32,000 nucleotides of DNA from contig CAKUIA010000001.1 of the NCBI GenBank assembly GCA_934660865.1, positions 90,001-122,000 of the forward strand. Reading direction: 5' to 3'. Of this stretch, positions 23,964 to 32,000 are shown piece by piece; positions within the stretch are counted from its first letter, which is position 1, and the number at the start of each line of letters is the position of its first letter. A program made the translations under genes and the position numbers. This DNA is from an uncultured Opitutales bacterium. Lineage in GTDB: Bacteria > Verrucomicrobiota > Verrucomicrobiia > Opitutales > Intestinicryptomonadaceae. A model generated the notes under the pieces. It was given only the letters and a program-made list of their open reading frames with translations, was not told where the DNA came from and did not search any database.

Positions 23964-23995
23964 TACCCCGTTTAAAAATGAACGGGGTATTTTTT
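23964..23995 (+). terminator. Terminator-like hairpin after the GH2 gene; its loop contains the next gene's ATG
   Basis: A 9-bp stem taccccgtt (23964-23972) / aacggggta (23981-23989) encloses the loop taaaaATG (23973-23980). T6 follows at 23990-23995. Confidence 0.5.
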
Positions 23996-25594
23996 ATATT
24001 GGGCGCGGGGCTTGGAACAAGGTTAAGGCCGCTTACGGCAAAACTTCCCAAGCCGCTTTTGTATCTGCGCGGCAAACGCGCAATAGAGCACATATTCGAT
24101 GCCGCAAAAAATCTGGGCTTTAACAAGGTTGTTGTAAACACCCACCACCTGCCCGAAGAATACCTTAAGGCGTATCCAAGCCGCTCCTACAATAGGCTGA
24201 ATTTGGAGTTCGTAAACGAGCCCGTTTTGCTAGACACCGGCGGGGCGATAAAAAACATTCTAAAAAAATACCCCGACTGCGAGCGCATTTTAGTACACAA
24301 CGGCGACATTTTTTTTGACGGCAGCCTAAAGGATTTTTGCGAAAAAAATAGCGACAAAAACGCCGCAAGCCTTTTGCTTTTAAACTCGGGCAAAAACAAA
24401 AACGTTTCGGTAAACGAAAACGAAGTTGTGGATATGCGCTTTGCGCTTGGGGCTACGCATAAAAGCACCGCCCAGTTTTCGGGCATATTTATTGCAAACA
24501 AAAAGTTTTTAAACTGCGCCAAAAATTTTGAAGGCGAAATATTTTCCAGCGTAGACGTATTTTTGCAGCTGCTAAAAAACGGCGAAAAGCTCGCGGCATA
24601 TTTCCCCGAACAACCCTGCCAATGGGGCGACATCGGCACATTTGCCGACTACATTTGCGCGCAAACCCCAAACATTTACGCCGACAAAGAATTTTTCGAC
24701 AACCTAAAAATTAAAGGCGTTTTTGTTGTACAAAAGGGAGCTTCCGACCGCAAATTCTTTATTTTAAAAACCGAAAATAAAGATGTTGTAGCCTGCGTAT
24801 ATTCGCCGCTTAAGCGCGAAAATTTATTGTACGAAAACATTGCAAAATACCTTTTAAAACACTCGATTGCAGTGCCCGAAATTTTGTATTCCAACAAAGA
24901 AAACAACCTGCTTGTTATGGAAAGCGCGGGCAAAACCGACCTGCTTGACTTGTGCAAAAACAAGCCCGAAAGTTTTGTTTTGCAAAACTACAAATTGGTT
25001 ACCGCCGAAATTGCTAAACTGCACAAAATAGACTTTAAAAAATGCGAGCCGCCCGAATTGGCGGAAAGCTTTTCGCAAAAGCTCTACAAGTGGGAGCAAA
25101 ACTATTTTACCGAAAACCTTGTGGAAAAATATTTCGGGCTTAACCCCGTTGTTTCGGAAAGCGAGCTGCAAAATTTAACAAACACCCTTTTGGCGGAAAA
25201 ACCCGCGCTTGTGCACCGCGACTTGCAGTCGCAGAACATTATGGAGTTTAACTGCTCGTTTAAATTTATAGACTTTCAGGGAATGCGCATTGGCTGCAGC
25301 TACTACGACATTGCATCGCTTGTTTTCGACCCCTACCCGGATTTCGACATAAGTTTGAGGCAAAAAATTGCAAATTTGTTCGAAATTAAAGACAAAAACG
25401 TATTTTATATGGCCTCCTGCCAAAGGCTAATGCAGGCGTTGGGTGCCTATGCCTTTTTGTCGAAAAGCAGGGGCAAAACCGAATACGAAAAATACATACC
25501 AAAAGCCCTGCCAATGCTTTTATATTGCGCTACAAAAGCCGGGTTAAACGCGCTTAAAAAGCAGTGCGAAATTTGCATTGATTTGCTTAAATAA
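23978..25594 (+). CDS. Bifunctional sugar-1-phosphate nucleotidyltransferase (MurU-like) / APH-fold anomeric sugar kinase (AmgK-like) fusion protein (538 aa)
   Basis: The N-terminus carries the NTP-transferase motif ILGAGLGTRLRPLT..PKPLL. The C-terminus carries kinase motifs LVHRDLQSQNIM and IDFQGMRIGCSYYDIASLVFD. These fit the COG3178/AmgK pattern (HRDfhsrNLm, DFQDA, YDLvSLL.D) better than choline kinase. A LicC/LicA-type fusion remains the alternative. Confidence 0.7.
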   Translation: MNGVFFILGAGLGTRLRPLTAKLPKPLLYLRGKRAIEHIFDAAKNLGFNKVVVNTHHLPEEYLKAYPSRSYNRLNLEFVNEPVLLDTGGAIKNILKKYPDCERILVHNGDIFFDGSLKDFCEKNSDKNAASLLLLNSGKNKNVSVNENEVVDMRFALGATHKSTAQFSGIFIANKKFLNCAKNFEGEIFSSVDVFLQLLKNGEKLAAYFPEQPCQWGDIGTFADYICAQTPNIYADKEFFDNLKIKGVFVVQKGASDRKFFILKTENKDVVACVYSPLKRENLLYENIAKYLLKHSIAVPEILYSNKENNLLVMESAGKTDLLDLCKNKPESFVLQNYKLVTAEIAKLHKIDFKKCEPPELAESFSQKLYKWEQNYFTENLVEKYFGLNPVVSESELQNLTNTLLAEKPALVHRDLQSQNIMEFNCSFKFIDFQGMRIGCSYYDIASLVFDPYPDFDISLRQKIANLFEIKDKNVFYMASCQRLMQALGAYAFLSKSRGKTEYEKYIPKALPMLLYCATKAGLNALKKQCEICIDLLK

Positions 25595-25721
25595 ACCGTA
25601 AAATTTTTGCGCTTGCCGCACACACAACCGCGCTTTTGCTACACTTTTGTGCTTCGATTTAAAAAATTTTATACAAAATTGTAATTTTTATCGAAAATAC
25701 AACGGTTTAAAAAAAATGCCT

Positions 25722-25750
25722 TTGACACAGCTATTTAGCGGTAAAAATAT
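25722..25750 (+). promoter_or_regulatory. Candidate sigma70-like promoter of gdhA
   Basis: TTGACA (25722-25727), a 17-nt spacer, then AAATAT (25745-25750). A GGAAGG RBS-like element lies about 9 nt before the ATG at 25792. Confidence 0.3.
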
Positions 25751-25785
25751 CTTGACCATATTTTAAACCAATAAACGGAAGGTAA

Positions 25786-27135
<1,350 letters not shown>

Positions 27136-27170
27136 TTGCCTTAAGCTATCGCTAAACGCATTTTTACAAA

Positions 27171-27194
27171 CCCCCGAAATTTCGGGGGTTTTTT
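27171..27194 (+). terminator. Rho-independent terminator of gdhA
   Basis: Stem cccccgaa (27171-27178) / ttcggggg (27181-27188), followed by TTTTTT. Confidence 0.8.
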
Positions 27195-27396
27195 GTTTTT
27201 CGGGCAACTTTTGCATTTATTAAGCGCGCAAAGAAACTTTACAAAAAGAAAAATGCAAAACACATATTTTCTTTTGAAACTTTTGTTTTAAATGCGCGTT
27301 TACCTTATATGTTTTTTTGGGGGAGCGAAAAAACTTGAAGACGGCAAAAACGCCGTTAGTATTTTTTGCGACCTTTGATATTTACATACATACACA

Positions 27397-28668
27397 ATGA
27401 AAAAGCGTTCAAAAAAAATACTTGCAGCCCTGGTTGTGCTTATTGCAGCAGCTGCGCTATTCTTTGCATTTTACAATTCCGACAAGGAAGACTATGCGTT
27501 TAAAACCGCTTCGGTCGAAACGGGAGATATGACGGTTTATGTAGACGCCACCGGCACCATAGAACCCGAAGACTTAGTCGACGTAGGCGCGCGCGTTTCG
27601 GGCGAAATTGTGTCGTTCGGCAAAGACAAAAACGGAAAGGAAATAGACTACAGCTCTACCGTTTGCGAGGGCGATGTTTTGGCGTTGATAGACAACACCA
27701 TTCCGCAGTCGAATATGCTTTCGGTTAAGGCGCAGCTTCAGGCTGCAAAGGCAAAGCTTGCCCAGGCAAAAGCATCGCTAAAGCTAAACCAAACAAAGCT
27801 TGCCCAGGCCGAGCGCAACTGGAACAGGGCAAAAAAACTGGGGGTAAGCGAAGCCCTTTCGCAGTCGGCATACGACAACTACCTTTCGCAATGGGAGCAG
27901 GCAACAGCCCAAATAGATGTAAACAAGGCCGAAATACTGTCGGCCGAAGCCGACATTGCAAAAGCCCAAGCCAGCGTAAGCGAAGCCCAGCGCAATTTAG
28001 ACTACTGCACAATTAAAGCCCCCGTAAACGGCGTGGTTATAGACCGCAAAGTTAACGTTGGCCAAACGGTGGTTTCTAGCATGAGCGCAAGCAGCCTGTT
28101 TTTGATAGCAAAAGACCTTTCAAAAATGGAGGTTTGGGCGTCGGTAAACGAAGCCGACATCGCCTCGATTTTTGTCGGGCAAAATGTAGTCTTTACCGTA
28201 GACGGCCTGCCAAACCAAAGCTTTTCGGGCACGGTAAACAAAATAAGGCTTAACGCCACAATGAGCCAAAATGTTGTTACCTACATTGTGGAAGTTACAA
28301 CATCTAACAAAGACGGCAAGCTTTTGCCCTATATGACGGCGAATTTAAAGTTCGAGGTAAACTCGCTTAAAAACGCCAAAATAGTTCCCAATTCGGTATT
28401 TTTGTGGAACCCCGAAGGCAAAGCGCAACAGGCCGACAAAGACGGCAAAAAAGAATTGTGGGTACTGTCGGACGACGGCTCCATACGCGCCGTAAAGGTA
28501 AAATGCCTGCTCGACAACAGCGCGCAAACGGCAATAGAAAGCCCCGAAATCAAAGCCGGCGACAGGATTGTATACGGCGTTGAAACCCTTGCCGAGCAAA
28601 GTAAAATGGCGGCAACCCCCTTTGTGCCCAAAATGCCAAAGCGCATAAAAAATTCCGCAAAAAGGTAA
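27397..28668 (+). CDS. macA: HlyD/MacA-family periplasmic adaptor of a tripartite efflux pump
   Basis: N-terminal TM anchor. Lipoyl/barrel-sandwich segments flank a long Q/A/K-rich alpha-hairpin (..LQAAKAKLAQAKASLKLNQTKLAQAERNWNRAK..). YCTIKAPVNGVVIDR motif. First gene of an ATPase-permease-OMF operon. Confidence 0.85.
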   Translation: MKKRSKKILAALVVLIAAAALFFAFYNSDKEDYAFKTASVETGDMTVYVDATGTIEPEDLVDVGARVSGEIVSFGKDKNGKEIDYSSTVCEGDVLALIDNTIPQSNMLSVKAQLQAAKAKLAQAKASLKLNQTKLAQAERNWNRAKKLGVSEALSQSAYDNYLSQWEQATAQIDVNKAEILSAEADIAKAQASVSEAQRNLDYCTIKAPVNGVVIDRKVNVGQTVVSSMSASSLFLIAKDLSKMEVWASVNEADIASIFVGQNVVFTVDGLPNQSFSGTVNKIRLNATMSQNVVTYIVEVTTSNKDGKLLPYMTANLKFEVNSLKNAKIVPNSVFLWNPEGKAQQADKDGKKELWVLSDDGSIRAVKVKCLLDNSAQTAIESPEIKAGDRIVYGVETLAEQSKMAATPFVPKMPKRIKNSAKR

Positions 28669-28687
28669 TCGCTAAACGGCAAATAAA

Positions 28688-29383
28688 ATGGAACTTATAA
28701 AGCTGACCGATTTGAAAAAAACCTATTTTATGGGCGACATTTCACTGCCCGTATTAAAGGGCATAAACCTTTCGGTAGACCGCGGCGAAATGGTTGCCCT
28801 TACGGGGGTTTCGGGCTCGGGCAAAAGCACGCTTATGAATATTTTGGGCTGTTTAGACAGGCCCACAAGCGGCTCGTATATGCTCGACGGCGCCGAAATT
28901 TCGAACCTCGACAACGACGGCCGCGCCGACATTCGCAACCGCAAAATAGGCTTTGTTTTTCAAAACTTTAACCTGCTTGCCAGAACCACCGCTTTGGAAA
29001 ACGTGCTTATGCCGCTGGAATATTCGCACCTGCGCCTAAGCGAAAGCGAGGCTATTGAAAAAGGCAAGGAGCTTTTGAAAATGGTTGGGCTGCAAGATAG
29101 AATGAACCACGAGCCCTCGCGCCTTTCGGGCGGGCAACAGCAAAGGGTTGCCATTGCACGCGCCCTTATAAACGACCCAAAAATTTTGTTTGCCGACGAG
29201 CCTACCGGCAATCTCGACTCGAAAATGAGCGAGGAAATTTTGGATATGTTCCGCCGCATAAACGAGCGCGACAAAGTAACCATAATATTGGTAACGCACG
29301 AACCCGATATCGCCCAAATGGCAAAAAGGGTTGTAAAACTAAAAGACGGCGCCATTTGCGACGACTACCTTACAAACAAATAA
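28688..29383 (+). CDS. MacB/LolD-type ABC transporter ATP-binding protein (stand-alone NBD)
   Basis: Walker A GVSGSGKST, Q-loop region, signature LSGGQQQRVAIARAL, Walker B ILFADEPTGNLD and H-loop VTHE. Confidence 0.92.
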   Translation: MELIKLTDLKKTYFMGDISLPVLKGINLSVDRGEMVALTGVSGSGKSTLMNILGCLDRPTSGSYMLDGAEISNLDNDGRADIRNRKIGFVFQNFNLLARTTALENVLMPLEYSHLRLSESEAIEKGKELLKMVGLQDRMNHEPSRLSGGQQQRVAIARALINDPKILFADEPTGNLDSKMSEEILDMFRRINERDKVTIILVTHEPDIAQMAKRVVKLKDGAICDDYLTNK

Positions 29384-29392
29384 AACGGCGTT

Positions 29393-30754
29393 ATGAAAAA
29401 TCTTAAAACGGTTAAGTCGGCAATAAAGTCGATTTGCAGAAATCCCACAAGAACCTTTCTTACCACGCTGGGCATTATAATAGGCATAGGCGCGGTTATA
29501 GCCCTTATGGAAATCGGCAACGGCGCGCAGGTTTCGCTAAGCCAAAATATGGAGACAATGGGCGTAAACAACATAAACATTATGCCCGGGCGCAGCACAA
29601 AAGGCGGCGTAAATTCGGGCGCGGGGGCCCGCGTAAACCTAACCTACAAGAACGTCGAAACCATTCGCCAAAAGGCGAAATATGTATCGAAAGTTTCGCC
29701 AAACGTTTCGGTTAGGGGGCAGATTATCTACAAAAACAAAAACTGGAACCCCGCCTCGGCAATAAACGGCGTAAATACCGATTTTTTCGAAATCGCAAAC
29801 TGGAAGATAGACCGCGGCGTATTCTTTACAAACGAAATGGTGCAAAGGGGCGCAAAGGTGTGCCTTATAGGGCAAACGGTTGTAAACGAGCTTTTCGGCA
29901 CGGAAGACCCCATAGGCAAAGACATTCGCGTGCAAAACGTAAACTTTAAGGTTATAGGCACGCTAAAAGCCAAGGGCGCAAATATGATGGGCTTCGACCA
30001 GGACGACACCGTTATAATGCCGTGGACAACCGTAAAGGCGCGCCTTAAGGGCGCAGGCCAAAGCTCTATAAGCGCGGCAAGCGTCGCCTCTACAACAAGC
30101 ACTACCAGCACAAGCAGCACGTCCGACATCTACACCGACGGCACTACCATATACGCGCCTAAAACGGGGGCTTCGCTGCCGCCGGTGCGCTTCCAGAATG
30201 TAGACAGAATTTCGGCGTCGGCAATCTCCACAAAGCACATAAACGACGCCGTAAAGGAAATAGGCCTTATCTTGCGCGAAGAGCACGGCCTTTCCATAAA
30301 CGAAGACGACGACTTTTTTATCCGCACCCTCGCCGAATTTTACGAAATGCTAAATTCGTCTACAAAGACAATGACAAGCCTGCTTATTTGCGTTGCGTTT
30401 ATCTCGCTTATTGTAGGCGGGGTTGGCATAATGAACATAATGCTTGTTTCGGTTACCGAAAGAACCAGGGAAATAGGCCTTAGAATGGCGGTAGGCGCAA
30501 AAAAAGGAGACATACTGCGCCAGTTTTTGATAGAATCGGTGGTAATCTGTATGGTAGGCGGCACAATAGGAATTTTGGCGGGGCACACAACAAGCATAAT
30601 AATTTCGAAAGTTATGAACTGGCCCTCGGCGATTTCGTATGGCGCAATATTTTTGGCGGTAGGCGTTTCGGTTTTAGTGGGCGTATTGTTCGGCTACTAC
30701 CCCGCATGGAAAGCCGCCCGTTTAGACCCAATAGAAGCTTTAAGATATGAATAA
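29393..30754 (+). CDS. MacB-type (FtsX-fold) ABC permease with a large periplasmic domain
   Basis: TM1 (TFLTTLGIIIGIGAVIALM) is followed by a periplasmic domain of about 270 aa. The C-terminal FtsX module is present (GGVGIMNIMLVSVTERTREIGLRMAVGAKKGDILRQFLIES..) and ends ..AARLDPIEALRYE. Confidence 0.9.
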   Translation: MKNLKTVKSAIKSICRNPTRTFLTTLGIIIGIGAVIALMEIGNGAQVSLSQNMETMGVNNINIMPGRSTKGGVNSGAGARVNLTYKNVETIRQKAKYVSKVSPNVSVRGQIIYKNKNWNPASAINGVNTDFFEIANWKIDRGVFFTNEMVQRGAKVCLIGQTVVNELFGTEDPIGKDIRVQNVNFKVIGTLKAKGANMMGFDQDDTVIMPWTTVKARLKGAGQSSISAASVASTTSTTSTSSTSDIYTDGTTIYAPKTGASLPPVRFQNVDRISASAISTKHINDAVKEIGLILREEHGLSINEDDDFFIRTLAEFYEMLNSSTKTMTSLLICVAFISLIVGGVGIMNIMLVSVTERTREIGLRMAVGAKKGDILRQFLIESVVICMVGGTIGILAGHTTSIIISKVMNWPSAISYGAIFLAVGVSVLVGVLFGYYPAWKAARLDPIEALRYE

Positions 30755-32000
30755 CCCGACAAAAACATTTTTATTGTATGCAATGTGCGCCGCATTGTGC
30801 GGCTGCATGGTTGGCCCCGACTTTGAAAAGCCCGAGGCCGACAAACTGCTGGGCGAAAGCTATTCAAAAAAGGCCGACAATAAAGCCGACAACCAAACGC
30901 TTGCCGCATGGTGGAAAACCTTCGGCGACGACGAGCTAAATTCGCTTATAGAGCGCGCGTTAAGCCAAAATCTTGATTTGGAGATTGCAAAATACAGGGT
31001 TTTGCAGGCAAGAGCCAACTTGGGCATTACGCAAAGCTCGCTTTTGCCCGTTGTAGACCTTAACGCCGCCATGTCCGAAAAAACCAAAAATACCATGATA
31101 AACAAGGCTAGCCCTACATATTCGGCGGGCCTTACAAGCTCGTGGGAAATAGACGTTTTTGGGGCAACCAGGCGCGAAATAGAATCTAAAATTGCGCTAT
31201 ACGAGGCGGCATTTGCAAGCCAGGCGGCCTCAAGAATTTCGATTGCCGCCGAAGTTGCCGACTGCTACTTTAAATATAGGGCAACGCAAATATGCCTTAT
31301 AATTACAAAGAAAAACCTGCAAACGCAAAAAAACACATGCCAAATAACGCAGCAAAGGCGCAACAACGGCTTTGTTTCGGAGCTTGACGTTGTAAGGGCG
31401 CAAGCGCAGGTAGAAAGCACAATGTCGGAAATACCGACGCTTGAAAGCACGCTTAAAACCGCGCAAAACGCGCTGGAGCTTTTGCTTGCGGTAAAAAGCG
31501 GCTCGCTTAAAGACGAGCTTGAAGGCACGCCCGCAAAGCTTCCCGACCTGGAAAACTACATACCCTACGGCGTGCCCGCCGAGCTTTTGGAGCGCCGCCC
31601 CGACATTATCGCCGCCGAATACGACTTTAGACAGGCAATGGCGCAAATCGGAGTTGCCCAGGCCGACTTGCTCCCAAAATTTTCGATAACAGGCAGCATT
31701 TCCTACCAGGCGCCCGACATAGGCAATATGTTCCAAAACCAATACGGAACGTGGTCGGTAGGCCCGAACATTTCGTGGAACATATTTAACGCGGGCAAAA
31801 CCCTGTTTAACATAGAACGCCAAAAAACGGCCGCAAAAGAATACGAGGCAAAATGGAAGCAAACCGTTTTAACCGCGGCAAAAGAGGTTGAAGACGGCAT
31901 TGTTTCGTCGCAAAAAAGCAGGCAAAAAATAGACATCTTAATAGAATTGGTAAGGAAAAACCAAAAGGCTTTCGACATATCCAAAAAGCTGTACAGCGAG
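30747..32000 (+). CDS. Outer-membrane efflux lipoprotein (NodT/TolC family), 3'-truncated by the window end
   Basis: Absent from the ORF track because it runs off the window. My hand translation from the ATG at 30747 (8-nt overlap with the permease stop) gives MNNPTKTFLLYAMCAALCGCMVGPDFEKPEA..WWKTFGDDELNSLIERALSQNLDLEIAKYRVLQA... This shows a lipobox and typical OMF repeats, and the frame stays open to position 32000. Confidence 0.85.
   Translation, partial: MNNPTKTFLLYAMCAALCGCMVGPDFEKPEADKLLGESYSKKADNKADNQTLAAWWKTFGDDELNSLIERALSQNLDLEIAKYRVLQARANLGITQSSLLPVVDLNAAMSEKTKNTMINKASPTYSAGLTSSWEIDVFGATRREIESKIALYEAAFASQAASRISIAAEVADCYFKYRATQICLIITKKNLQTQKNTCQITQQRRNNGFVSELDVVRAQAQVESTMSEIPTLESTLKTAQNALELLLAVKSGSLKDELEGTPAKLPDLENYIPYGVPAELLERRPDIIAAEYDFRQAMAQIGVAQADLLPKFSITGSISYQAPDIGNMFQNQYGTWSVGPNISWNIFNAGKTLFNIERQKTAAKEYEAKWKQTVLTAAKEVEDGIVSSQKSRQKIDILIELVRKNQKAFDISKKLYSE

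Noticed and set aside
27335-27363. Possible promoter (TTGAAG-17-AGTATT) with a 5-bp hairpin upstream of macA
   Set aside because: Both hexamers are weak and the hairpin is only 5 bp. This is not distinguishable from chance.
30062-30127. Ser/Thr-rich tract (SSISAASVASTTSTTSTSSTSD) in the periplasmic domain of the MacB-type permease
   Set aside because: It is probably a flexible low-complexity linker. There is no DNA-level tandem repeat of note, and no reason to assign a function from sequence alone.
31230-31862. 210-aa minus-strand ORF near the window end
   Set aside because: It is antisense to the NodT/TolC-family gene, which is absent from the ORF track only because it runs off the window. 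The plus-strand frame has a lipobox and OMF repeats.

Overview
The window looks like a diderm (Gram-negative-type) bacterial chromosome; I cannot assign a taxon from sequence alone. It opens with the 3' part of tRNA-His(GTG) and its terminator.

Accessory region (about 100-8900, possibly extending to about 11100): by eye this stretch is clearly more A+T-rich than the rest. It holds a small secreted hypothetical, a compositionally core-like heme catalase, and the most interesting locus in the window.

Key locus (minus strand): a two-gene cassette.
- 6314-8710 encodes a 798-aa KAP-like P-loop NTPase.
- 3264-6071 encodes a 935-aa protein carrying every catalytic motif of the adenosine-deaminase (ADA) fold. 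The motifs are spread across the protein by two very large insertions.

NTPase followed by a divergent adenosine deaminase is the RADAR (RdrA/RdrB) anti-phage architecture. This copy has three unusual features:
- a 3 x 84-bp in-frame tandem repeat inside the deaminase;
- an unannotated 52-codon ORF between the two genes;
- D/N/K/E low-complexity tracts in the ATPase.

The remainder (about 11100-32000) is ordinary core genome:
- a secreted putative glycosidase;
- one long, tightly packed minus-strand operon: STAS-MlaE, MlaF, MlaD/MCE, PqiC-like lipoprotein, FabD, a coiled-coil protein and a ClC channel;
- a monocistronic gene for a protein with a polyacidic tail;
- a GH2 beta-mannosidase lipoprotein;
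- a fused MurU-like nucleotidyltransferase / AmgK-like kinase;
- gdhA;
- a MacA / ABC ATPase / MacB-type permease / NodT-TolC efflux operon that runs off the 3' end.

I saw no CRISPR array, rRNA, integrase or transposase. All functional calls rest on motif recognition by eye; no searches were run.
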